From: Adineta vaga
Lineage: Eukaryota; Animalia; Rotifera
Direction of reading: 5' to 3'
Assembly (NCBI GenBank): GCA_021613535.1
Contig: CP075494.1
Location: forward strand, 12,400,001 to 12,464,000
Length of the DNA stretch: 64,000 nt
This document shows, in pieces, positions 11,224 through 23,389 of this stretch. A program made the position numbers and the translations under genes. The notes under the pieces are model-generated. The model was not told the DNA's origin. It saw only the letters and a program-made list of their open reading frames with translations, and searched no databases. Each line of letters starts with the position of its first letter. Positions within the stretch are counted from its first letter, which is position 1.

Positions 11224-14200
11224 GAATCTAGCAATATTGAATACAGATCAACTGATTCTACTGGAATCACATCGATGATGCACAATGAAAGGAAGCAAGT
11301 CGTGCTCTCATATAATTATAACAGCAAGCAGATCGTGGAAAAAGTTTTCAACATTCTGAAGGAGAAAAATATATCAGTTTGTTATGATGATCAGCACATG
11401 GAAGCGAACATCTCCGACGGGTATAGATTCTAAACTTGAAGAACTCTTTTAAAATAACATGAGATGGAATTTTTTGACGTTTAGCATCAACAGCGCCGTA
11501 GATACAGCTGAGATCGTTTGCTGTTTTATGACACCAGAATATCAGGATTCCATTAACTGTAAAAATGAATTACAGTATGCTAAAGAGAAAAACAAGTATA
11601 TTATTCCATGTATGATTGGCGATAAGCAAAACAAGCAATGGAAACCAACTGACTGGTTGGAATTCATCGTAACAGGTCTTAACTATATCGATTTTCAGGA
11701 AGAGTCTGATCAAAATATTCGATTAAAAGCTGAAGAACTTATTAACAGAATATCAAATCAATATTCAACAACTGTTCAGTACAGTTTGGTCGATGTCATT
11801 AAAAAGAAATATTTAAAAGAAGATAAAATCAAATTTATATTGGATGAAGAGAATAACTTGTCAATCGAGCACATCTATATTAATTTGGCAATGGTAAACA
11901 CAAAAGATCAGCACAACAAGCAAGAGAAGTCACCAAAATATAAAATGAAAAGCACGGCAAATCCAGAAAAAGAACAAGATTATGAGTGGAAACAACACGA
12001 TAGTACGATTTTAGGCGCCTATGAAGAAATTTATGGTAATCAAACGCGAATTGACATCGAAGGAATTTTTGGAAGCTCCAATGCTCCCATAAAAAAAGTG
12101 CTGATACTGGGACGACCAAAAATTGGAAAATCAACATTTTGTCAATATGTTACTTATCAATGGGCGAAAGGGAAGCTCTGGTCTCGTTGTGAATTGGTTG
12201 TGTTGATTGACCTCCTAAAGCTGACTAACACTCGATATCCAGCGACAAAACTTTACACATTAGTTGATCTTATTGAGAGAGAATATACAGCATGCGGTGG
12301 TTTATCACAGAAGGAAAAAACATCTTTCTTGCAAAAATGTAATAACGGAAACGTTTTATGGATATTGGACGGATATGATGAATTAACTGTAAAGATTCCA
12401 GAACAACTGAAACAGTGTTTGGATGATATATATGAAAAACAAAATTATATATTAATGTCTTCATCTTATGAAATTGTAACTTCATGCGATGTGAAAATCA
12501 AAATAATGGGATTTATACATGCTGATATTTCAAGGTATATCAAGCACTTTTTTCATCGGATTGAAGGTGAATTACCAAATGCTTCCTCCGAACGCCAAAA
12601 ACTACTGGATTTCTTATATTCAAATCGGAGTATTCATCGTGTTGCCAGTATTCCTGTAAACCTTGAACTGATATGTAGCCTTTGGATTGATCCACATCAG
12701 TTAGAAACGAAAGTATCAACAATGACTGCATTGTATGAGAAATTCGTAGTATGGCTTTGTCGACGACAACTCACAAAAGACAATAAAAATCTAGAACAGA
12801 TGACGAAAGACGCTCTCTATAAACAATTCGATAGAGAATTACAATTTTTGGAATGTTTAGCTTTCAAAACGGTGCAAAATGACAGAATTATTTTGCCCGC
12901 AGATCTTGTACAAGAGGCAACAAGAGAAACCGGATACGATCTACACGAATATTCCCAGGTTTTACAACTGGGCATTCTGAAATCATATGATAAAAAGTCA
13001 TTTGAAAATCAGAATGAAACTACAAAACAATATTATTTCATTCATCCCAGTTATCAAGAATTTTTTGCGGCACGTCATTTACTGAGAGCATTGAAAAGTT
13101 CAAATGATAATGAAGCTACTCATTTCATCAGCCATCAAAAATACAATCAACGATTTCGTTTGATATTTATTTTTGCCATGGGTCTTCTCGTAGAATCCGA
13201 TTATCAAGCATGCATCAATATATTTTGGACAAAGATTCAAGGGGAACCCCTTGATCTTGGTGGTCTTCAGCACTTACAACTTCTCACTGAATGTATCGAT
13301 GAGCTGGGCGATTCAGACGTATTTGATGATCGATTAAATATACTAAACAAACTAATGCATTTATTCAAAACATTCTTCGATATCGAAGCGAACGTCGTTA
13401 AAGATAATATGATAGCAATTCTCTCGAAAACATCGACTATATTTCAAAACAAACTCATGCAAAACAATCTGGCGCAACTACTGCATATCAGTGATAAATC
13501 TCAGAAATGTCGATTACTTGGTTTAATATCTCAGTTACCTGCGTTGCAACCCACCGAAAAACTCTTCTCTGTGCTTCTCCTTCACTTACGAGACTCATCA
13601 GACTCAATTCGGCAAGGAGTCTGTACTGTTCTCGGAAACATTGGCACTAACGTAGTGACCAAGCAGCTCACTGATGCTCTTGTCAAAGCACTTGGAGATA
13701 ATCATTGGCTTGTTCGCATAGCTGCCTGCAAAGCTCTTGGAAAGCTGAATAAGAATGCAGTAACAAATAACATAATCGATGGGCTCATCAAAGCACTCGG
13801 TGCCAGTTCGGACGACGTTACCACAGCTGCGTGTAATGCTCTAGTAAAATTGAGTGAAAAAGTAACAACCAATCTAGTGATCGATGGTCTCGTCCATGCA
13901 CTTGGTCATCATAAAAACTTCCTTGTTCGAATAAATGTGTGTGAAATTCTCGAAAAGATCGCTGAAAAAACACCAATCAATGAAGCGATTGTTGTCCTCA
14001 TCAATGCACTTGACGATGTAGCCATCGGCGTCAATGACTGTGCGCATGAAACTCTTATAAAGCTCAGCAAAACAGCATCGGCCGATAAGTTGATCACTAC
14101 TCTCATCCATGCACTTGCTGTCCATGAGAACTACCAGGTTCGAAAAAATGCATGCAAGATTCTCACAGAGATTGCTGAAAGAGCACCAAACAATGATGTG

Positions 14201-17200
14201 CTAGCAGCTCTCATCAATGCACTTAACGACCTAGCTTTTGACGTCAGTCGCAGTGCTCATGAAGCTCTAATGAAACTCGGTGGAAAAGTATCGACGACTG
14301 AAGCAATCACTGGTCTCATCAATGTACTTCGTCCGAACAGTAACTGGATTCAAATATGTGTATTTCAAGTTCTTGGGAACATCGGTGAAAAAGCGGCAAT
14401 AAATGAGGTGCTAACTATTTTACTTAAAGCACTTGATGATAAAGATAAGGATATTCGAAAAAATGCGTGTCAAACTCTAGGAAAATTTGGAGGAAAAGTA
14501 GCAACGGAAGACGTAATCTCGGCTCTCAGCTGTGTACTTCGTGATAATGATCCGGATGTTCGAATAAATGCGTGTGAAGCTCTTGGGAAATTTGGAGAAA
14601 AAGCAGCAACGGAAGACGTAATCTCGGCTCTCAGTAATGCATTGTATGACAAAAATGCGGATGTTCGACAAAATGCGTGTCAAGTTCTGGTAAAAATTGG
14701 TAAAACTACAGCAACGAATCAGGTGCTAACTATTTTACTTAAAGCACTTGATGATAAAGATAAGGATATTCGAAAAAGTGCGTGTCAAGCTCTTGGCAGG
14801 TTTGGAGGAAAAGCAGGTACGGAATACGTACTCTCGGCTCTCAGCTGTGTACTTCGTGATAATGATCCGGATGTTCGGATAAATGCGTGCCAAGCTCTCG
14901 GAAGTTTTGGAGGAAAAGCAGCCACGGAAGACGTAATATTAGGTCTCAGCAAAGCACTTTACGATTATAATGCTGATATTCAAAAAAATGCGTGTCAAGC
15001 TCTTGGAAAAATCGGTGAAAGCGCAGCAACAAATGACGTGTTAACTGTTATCCTGAAAGCATTTAATGATAAGCATGGTTCAATTCGCCAGATCGCGTGT
15101 AACGTTCTTGGGAGTATGAGTGAAAAAGCAATAACTACTACGGTCATCACTGCTCTCCTGAATGCATGTAACGATCGGTCTTTCGACGTTAGTCGCAGTG
15201 CGTATGAAGCTCTAGTGAAACTTGCCGAAAAAGCATCAACGAATGAAGTCATCGTTGGTCTCAGTAATGCACTTCGTGTTGAAAATGTAAATGTTCGAAA
15301 AAGTGCGTGTCGCATTCTTGCAGAAATTCTTGAAAAAGCGGGAACAACGGAGACGATCACTGCTCTGTTTTATGCACTTTCTGATAAGGATAGAGATGTC
15401 CAATCCACAGCGTGTATTGCTCTCAGAAAGTTTGGTGAAAAAGCAGAGACGAATGAGCTGATTGTTGGTCTTATCGAAACACTTGGCAGTAACGATTTGA
15501 ATGTTCGAAAAGAAGCATGCAGCATTCTTTCGCAAATCGGCGACAAAGTAGGAACGAAGGAAGTGATCACTGCTCTCCACAATGTACTTAGAACCGAGGA
15601 TAAAGATATCGGATTTTGGATCTGTATAGCTCTTCGCAAGATCGGTGAAAAAGCAGCAAATGATAAAGTGATCGATTATCTCGCCAGTAGTCTTATCGAC
15701 AAGAACTCTGGTCACCGAACAGATGCATGTGAAGCTCTTAGCGAGATGGGTGAAAAAGCAATAACCGAAAAAGTGCTAGCTGGTCTCGTTGACGCACTCG
15801 GCGACAAGAGTGTGTATTTGCGAGAGAGTGCATGCGAAACGCTCGCAAAATTAGGTGAAAAGGCAGCAACGGAGAATGTGCTAGTCGGCCTGACCAATGC
15901 GATGCGTAACAATGTTAACTATCCTAAACGTATTCGGGGAAAGGCATGCAAAGCTCTAGGAAATATGGGTGAAAAATCAGCAACGAATGTGGTATTAGCT
16001 GGTCTCGTCGAGGCACTTCGTGACAAGAAATGGGACCGGGATATCCGCCGAGAAGCGTGTGATACTCTTGGAAAGATCGGTGAAAAAGCAGCAACAAAGG
16101 AGGTGCTACAAGGTCTGATTGATGTAGTTCATAATAAGGATCGAGATGGGATATCGGATCCTGGAGAAGAAGCGTGTAAAACTCTTGCGAAGTTTGGTGA
16201 AAAAGCAGTAACGCATGAGGTGATCACTGGCCTCCTCAACGCACTTGGTAACAAGAATGCGTCTTATTCTGTTGAACGAGGGGCATTCGAGGCTGTTATG
16301 AAGCTCAGTGAAAGCGCAAAAACAAATCAAGTTATCGTTTGTTTAGTCGAGGGATTTTTTGTCAAAGGAAATAATGAAACTAATTTAGACAAGTCAAAAG
16401 CTCTCACCGCAGCGATGAATTCATATGCTGCACTTAAGGATTTAGATACTGCTATGATTGTGAAGCTGACACAATGTTTGAAACAATGTGCGAATATTGA
16501 ATTGGCAACGGTGCCACGAAAACAATTCATTAAAGTATATCTCGAAACCCGAAATGACGCCTGGATTCCTTTAGTTGAATATGCAACACTCTTGCAAAAT
16601 GTTGCGGTGACTATCATGGATAATAAAGTTACGATATACGATGGTAATTATGTGACTGAGCGACAGGTGACGGAGCCTGGAGTATTGGACCTTTTAAAAA
16701 AAAAGAGACCATTGTATGCAGACATCACACTGGCACCAACCATGACAAGTGATTTCGATTCACATCGAGTATTATCAGGTAAGGAAAACAAAGAAAATTT
16801 GACGATTTGACACTAGTATTATACTCGAGACTGCTTTTTGAATCAACATTCTTTTCAGTTAACATTTTTTGTCCTTTTAAATACAAAATAGAAAACTAGA
16901 GTCGTCACGCAACTCTATTGAATATTTATCATTCTTTCTCTTAGAATCAGAAGAATTTACTGTGCCAGATATTAACAGCGGAAGACTTTCTTGCAAGGGT
17001 CATCCTTGTCCAAAATGTGGCCAGTGCCGTGATTGGTATTTTACAGGCAATGCAGCAGAACTGGCTTGGCTGCAAGATGAACAACATTGGAATCACGAAG
17101 GTGACGCTTGGAAGCGTTGGCTCAACGATCGTTTCTACTTGAAGTTTAAGCCTCGTGATGGAAAAACCTGTGTTGGTCGCCACAATTTTATTTTTCCTTT

Positions 17201-17363
17201 CACTATTGGTAAATATGATTATGGTTTTCATGTGGGAGAAGGTGATTTTCCTCATGGTCCTGTTGGCTATGCTAGAGCTGTTCCGTATGCTGAAAATCTT
17301 CCTTATGATCATGAAGGTTATTATAGTGATTTTTGTGCTTGTGAAGATAATGTTGTTGCGTGA
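11224..17363 (+). CDS. NLR-like protein: TIR - NACHT - HEAT repeats - Cys-rich C-terminal domain
   Basis: Exon 11224-11420 (VVLSYNYNSK, TIR start); intron 11421-11484; CCFMTPEYQDSINCKNELQYA (TIR); Walker A GRPKIGKS; Walker B WILDGYDEL; YFIHPSYQEFFAA; 35-aa HEAT repeats; in-frame intron 16779-16944 to an exon ending at 17363. The unspliced frame stops at 16810. Confidence 0.85.
13560..16330 (+). repeat. Coding tandem repeat of ~105-bp (35-aa) HEAT units with a recent 315-bp duplication
   Basis: aggtgctaactattttacttaaagcacttgatgataaagataagg occurs at 14406 and 14721; ctctcagctgtgtacttcgtgataatgatccgg occurs at 14523 and 14838. Confidence 0.85.
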
Positions 17364-17619
17364 GATTTTTTGCTTTGTTTTTGTCCTTTTGAATTATAAT
17401 ATTATACATGAGAAATTTCCCTAAAGCGACATGTTTCATTTTGTGCGATGTAAATCATCTTGAAGGTATGGGTGTGAGACCAGGGTTAGAGTTTTGGCTT
17501 TGAAGCTCCATCCTCATCCCACCCCTACACCTTCCGAGATATTTGATTCAATAAATGTCTAAGAAAAAAGAAAAATGTATTGAGCATGAATAAAATCTGA
17601 TTTCTATGAATGATTTATC

Positions 17620-18390
17620 CTTTACAATATTTGTTTATTTTTATTTTCGTTCTAATGACAACTACAATGACAATATCCACCAGTATCATTTCGACGATAA
17701 AAATCACCATAATTCCACCCACCACTGTATGGTACATAAATACAATCAGCACAATCAGTTACACGAAGACAATTCCTTTTCTTTATTGTGAAAGAACTTT
17801 ATCTTTTGTTATGAATGACTGATTTCGTTCTAAATTAATGAACAAGTTGAACTATATGTAATAGAAATCATTATTACCTGGTATTAATGAAGATGAATTG
17901 TTTTCAATATGGAGGAATTTATTTTAATCGATCTGTAGATTCTTATTGATACAGAATTCTATAGGTTGTCGAATGAAATGATTTAAATCTTGTTGAAGAT
18001 TATTAATATCATTGTGTTCAATCGTTCTGTATCATGTTCAATAAAATCATTGTTGTCTTTTCTTAAACGAATTTCTTTTCTAGTCGATTCGATTCCTTGC
18101 ATGATCTCCGATTTTCTGCAATATATTAATTATAATGCTTGTTGACGAGTATTTTCGCCTATTTGAATAACTATTTCCATCATATCATTTTGCCAATCGT
18201 TAATGCTAACAAGTAGAGAACTTTCTACACGTTGAATTTAATTTATCCCTTTTGTTTTCATGATAAGTTGATTACAATCATTCATAAGATGATTTATCTG
18301 CATTGTGATAAAATAACGATTGACATCATGTACAAATACATATTTCTGAAATGGTTCCATATGTGGAACATCGTTTTATAGTTGTCATTC
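17620..18390 (-). pseudogene. Decayed B-box-like/coiled-coil gene with a C-terminal hydrophobic segment
   Basis: Minus-strand fragments CT*CQSLF, INDWQNDMMEIVIQIGENTRQQAL*, RLRKENNDFIEHD and GGIMVIFIVEMILVDIVIVVVI, broken by stops and frameshifts. Confidence 0.4.
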
Positions 18391-19423
18391 TCTAGATGAA
18401 TTAATGATATTATGTAGAGAATTGAATTTTAAGAATAGTGATTAAGTTTTTTATGTCACACCTTTTATTGGTGTACGAAAATTCTCATTCTCACTCACAC
18501 CTACGTCCTCCATATTGTACATGATAGATCCGATTATTACCATCTTCAGTAAATAGAAAACTACCATCGTTGGGCTACTTCTTAATTGTGATCAAAATTC
18601 ACACCTGTCTACGCCCTCACTCTCAAGATGGTGTTGAGAATCGATTACTTGTATAGAAACGCATATCAAGACCATCAGGTGTTTTTGTTAATTCTACCAG
18701 ATCTATTCGTTCACTTGCTTCATTTGCTAAACGTCATCGTGGATCACTCAAGTTAGAACTCATAAACAAAAGTCCATCCATAAAAATCATTTGATTGAAC
18801 ACGTGTAAAATAATATGACAGGATTTCGAAGACCATGAGCATATGTTGTCTGATCATTACCATTGAGATAAGATTGTTGAATGTCCATCTTGGGAATATG
18901 GCATGACTATTTCTCTAGTGCCTGATATAGCTCGCCTTGAGAATGTGGATGTATGTAGCTTATTGATACATGAATGCTATACTTACATTCACACCTTTTT
19001 TCCCTTGAATTTATTTTGACTTTCTTATTCGAAATTTTCTCAAATGCAGATACAAATGTAGATTATTTTCATATCATTTTACTTTTTCTTTTTCAATATT
19101 TGTAATTCTTGTGAAAATTTCATAATAAAATTATGAAGAAATCTAATTACAGTTGATCTATAGTAATAATGATAAGAACGAACAAAAATCTTGCCTTGCA
19201 AGTTATTTCTTTCCTCTTCAGTCAATATTGTGTTTACAAGAAGAGAAAGATTTTTTTAACATTTAGCTTTTTAGGCTAAAATCTGATCGGATTTTGAAGC
19301 AGAGGTCCAACCAGGCCGCCTGTTTATCATGTTTTTGCTAGCTTAAAATAAAAATTTTATTTTTCACCATAGAAAAACTCCTCTTCTTCGTTTATTTAAC
19401 TATTTATATATATTTACGAAACG

Positions 19424-19830
19424 ATGTCAGTAGAAGATGAAAAACAATTTGCCGAAGCTGCACTTCATTCTCCTCGCAGAAAATTAACATGTGCTACGAC
19501 ACATTCTAAACATGTCGCACATCTTTATATATGTGAACAATTACATGGCATACTTGCATTCAACCAGCAACAATCTATAACAGTTTCAAAGCCCTTGAAA
19601 AGAGACATAAACCTATAGAAGATCAATTTGCTGATCCCCATGGTGGTGGTGATAGCTGTGACGCGATTTCATTACCAACAACAACGAATAAAACTGATGA
19701 ACTTGAAAAATACTTAGGAATCAATATCGGTGATATTTATAAACAACCAGATCCCCTACCATTTTGGCGTGATCATAAAAATAAATTTCTAGAGTTAGTC
19801 TTGCTCGCTCATCGGTTATTCTCTCTTCCT
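19424..19830 (+). mobile_element. hAT transposase relic (C-terminal dimerisation domain)
   Basis: DELEKYLGINIGDIYKQPDPLPFWRDHKNKFLELVLLAHRLFSLP matches the hAT PLxFW...FPxL..LA...SIP pattern. It has an upstream in-frame stop and is truncated before the ATS..ER.FS motif. Confidence 0.78.
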
Positions 19831-20299
19831 TTTGAGAATCTTTAATATTGCACTAATTGATATGTTAAATTTATCTCGTAAATCACGATAAGACGAACCA
19901 GCATCATTTTTCTTAATTAAATTAATTTTCTGTTCTAACTTTAGATTATTACGACCACACATATCTGACACGAAAATTGAATTATGTTACGCTCAGTTAA
20001 TACAATCAAGTTTGTCTTGTTAGTCTTTCTTCTTTTCTCTTTCTCTATTCTTGGTTGAATAAAGTCATACATGCATTGAACTTTTTGACATCCGTCAGTC
20101 TCGCGCCAATCATTCTATTTCGGTTGGTGACACTCTCTATATATAATCACATTATTAAGGTAAATGTATGCAAATCGATACGAAAAACGCGTTCACATCC
20201 AGAATCAAGGGGTGTTCATGAAAAAGGGACGTTCGGAGAGAGAGAGAGAGAGGTTTTACTGCATTATAGTTAAAACTGACAAAGATGCGTTAGTTGTAC

Positions 20300-20418
20300 G
20301 CTTACGGCCATACCACGTTGAATACACCAGTTCTCGTCCGATCACTGAAGTTAAGCAACGTCGGGCTCGGTTAGTACTTGGATGGGTGACCGCCTGGGAA
20401 TACCGAGTGTCGTAAGCT
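20300..20418 (+). rRNA. 5S rRNA (cluster 2, copy 1)
   Basis: Identical to the cluster 1 sequence. Confidence 0.98.
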
Positions 20419-20687
20419 CTTTTTTTCATTCTTTTTTCTCCTTTCCACATTTATATCCTGCTAGAACTTTTTCATCTAGATTTTCAATTCAATCTTCGCC
20501 CTTTGTCCATCCCACACTGTGTCGCTCGAACTCAACATCTATCAGGTGACTATCATTTTCGAATGATATTTTTTGTGTTTTTTAACTACAGACTCACATC
20601 GATAGTTTTCAATTGAAATAGACAATAGTCGAAAACAAATATATAGTTGTGATAGAGTTAAAAGCGGCCAATATCCGTTAGTTGTAC

Positions 20688-20806
20688 GCTTACGGCCATA
20701 CCACGTTGAATGCACCAGTTCTCGTCCGATCACTGAAGTTAAGCAACGTCGGGCTCGGTTAGTACTTGGATGGGTGACCGCCTGGGAATACCGAGTGTCG
20801 TAAGCT
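20688..20806 (+). rRNA. 5S rRNA (cluster 2, copy 2; A25G variant)
   Basis: gaatgcacc instead of gaatacacc. Confidence 0.97.
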
Positions 20807-21138
20807 CTTTTTTTCATTCTTTTTTCTCCTTTCCACATTTATATCCTGCTAGAACTTTTTCATCTAGATTTTCAATTTCATCTTCATTTTTGGTAAGATG
20901 CAATATCTATAAATAAATGTAATTAATTGCCCATTAGCTAGTGAGCATCGTAACTACAAATGTTAAGCTGAATCAGTGAGAATCGAAGGTATGCTCAGAT
21001 AACATATTTTCGAATGATATTTTTTGTGTTTTTTAACTACAGACTCACATCGATAGTTTTCAATTGAAATAGACAATAGTCGAAAACAAATATATAGTTG
21101 TGATAGAGTTAAAAGCGGCCAATATCCGTTAGTTGTAC

Positions 21139-21257
21139 GCTTACGGCCATACCACGTTGAATGCACCAGTTCTCGTCCGATCACTGAAGTTAAGCAACGT
21201 CGGGCTCGGTTAGTACTTGGATGGGTGACCGCCTGGGAATACCGAGTGTCGTAAGCT
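21139..21257 (+). rRNA. 5S rRNA (cluster 2, copy 3; A25G variant)
   Basis: Same variant. Confidence 0.97.
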
Positions 21258-21527
21258 CTTTTTTTTCATTCTTTTTTCTCCTTTCCACATTTATATCCTG
21301 CTAGAACTTTTTCATCTAGATTTTCAATTCAATCTTCGCCCTTTGTCCATCCCACACTGTGTCGCTCGAACTCAACATCTATCAGGTGACTATCATTTTC
21401 GAATGATATTTTTTGTGTTTTTTAATTACAGACTCACATCGATAGTTTTCAATTGAAATAGACAATAGTCGAAAACAAATATATAGTTGTGATAGAGTTA
21501 AAAGCGGCCAATATCCGTTAGTTGTAC

Positions 21528-21646
21528 GCTTACGGCCATACCACGTTGAATGCACCAGTTCTCGTCCGATCACTGAAGTTAAGCAACGTCGGGCTCGGTT
21601 AGTACTTGGATGGGTGACCGCCTGGGAATACCGAGTGTCGTAAGCT
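21528..21646 (+). rRNA. 5S rRNA (cluster 2, copy 4; A25G variant)
   Basis: Same variant. Confidence 0.97.
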
Positions 21647-21978
21647 CTTTTTTTCATTCTTTTTTCTCCTTTCCACATTTATATCCTGCTAGAACTTTTT
21701 CATCTAGATTTTCAATTTCATCTTCATTTTTGGTAAGATGCAATATCTATAAATAAATGTAATTAATTGCCCATTAGCTAGTGAGCATCGTAACTACAAA
21801 TGTTAAGCTGAATCAGTGAGAATCGAAGGTATGCTCAGATAACATATTTTCGAATGATATTTTTTGTGTTTTTTAACTACAGACAAACATCGATAGTTTT
21901 CAATTGAAATAGACAATAGTCGAAAACAAATATATAGTTGTGATAGAGTTAAAAGCGGCCAATATCCGTTAGTTGTAC

Positions 21979-22097
21979 GCTTACGGCCATACCACGTTGA
22001 ATGCACCAGTTCTCGTCCGATCACTGAAGTTAAGCAACGTCGGGCTCGGTTAGTACTTGGATGGGTGACCGCCTGGGAATACCGAGTGTCGTAAGCT
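21979..22097 (+). rRNA. 5S rRNA (cluster 2, copy 5; A25G variant)
   Basis: Same variant. Confidence 0.97.
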
Positions 22098-22343
22098 CTT
22101 TTTTTTCATTCTTTTTTCTCCTTTTCACATTTATATCGTGCTAGAACTTTTTCATCCAGATTTTCAATTCGACCTTCATTTTTTGTCGATCACAAGCTGT
22201 ATCAATCGAAATCAACGCCTATCAGGTTATTATATTTTAGAATGATGCTATCTGTGTTTTTTAACTACAGATAAGCATCGACAGTCGAAAACTGATATAT
22301 ACCTATGTTAGAATTAACAGCGACCAATATTCGTTAGTTGTAC

Positions 22344-22462
22344 GCTTACGGCCATACCACGTTGAATACACCAGTTCTCGTCCGATCACTGAAGTTAAGC
22401 AACGTCGGGCTCGGTTAGTACTTGGATGGGTGACCGCCTGGGAATACCGAGTGTCGTAAGCT
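22344..22462 (+). rRNA. 5S rRNA (cluster 2, copy 6)
   Basis: Identical to the major type. Confidence 0.98.
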
Positions 22463-23389
22463 CTTTTTTTTCATTCTTTTTTCTCCTTTTCACATTCATA
22501 TCCTGCTAGAACTTTTCATCTAGATTTTTAATTCAATCTTCGCCTTTTGTCCATCCCACACTGTGTCGCTCGAAATCAACACCTATCAGGTGATTATATT
22601 TTAGAATGTTGCTATTTGCGCTCTCTATCTGGAAATACAGTACTAGAAAAAATGATAAGAACAAGTAACGCTCATCCTCTGGATTCGCGGACCCTGTTCT
22701 GAAAGAACGATAAGAGTGCTCAGTAAAACCCTCAAGCTGGATCTGAACTTAGCCGGATCCCGGTCCAAACAAACGTTTGACATAAAAGCTTTTTAAAAGT
22801 GTTTTTCATCTTCTCACCATTTCAAAGTATCACTCTAAGTTTTGAAGATATGGTGTTTTCGTGAGTTCCGTTTATTAATGAACAAGAACAAGAGAGAAAG
22901 AAACACACGTATATAGATAAGATATAGAGAGAAGAGAGAAGAACTAGATGGCGCACAGTGTACGATATACGAAAGAGAACCAAATACATGCGCGTATATA
23001 TACGTATATGTTTTGGAGAATTCCTTCATATATGTGATCATATGAATAGGGAAAACTTCAATATACGTATTTCGGAATTGTCCATACTAACAAACATAAT
23101 TGACGATACGTAAGAGACTTATGGTTCCAGTTTGAGCTAATCATGAAAAGCTGTGAAACTCTTTCTATCAATGAAATTATTCTTTATTTGACTCTTTTAG
23201 ATCATCAAATTGCAGAGAGTAGACAGATCAAAAGAAAAGACCTACATATTGTTACGTTTAGTATTTTAATTAATATTTCTGTTGATAAATTTAGTAGTCT
23301 GAGAATCTTTTATTTCAGAAGCTTGTTAAATCAAACTAACTATATCTATTTTGAAGATTATAATGAATATAAAATATTACGGATGTGCT

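Larger units (their letters stand above)
20268..22616 (+). repeat. 5S rDNA tandem cluster 2 (6 units, 840-bp dimeric higher-order repeat)
   Basis: Periods 388, 451, 389, 451, 365 bp. Confidence 0.95.

Noticed and set aside
11880-16617. Minus-strand ORFs overlapping the NACHT-HEAT exon
   Set aside because: Shadow frames of a long repetitive coding exon, with no independent motifs.
20300-22462. 5S-derived SINEs
   Set aside because: Copies are full-length, near-identical and tandem, with upstream spacers and T terminators, and have no tails or target duplications.
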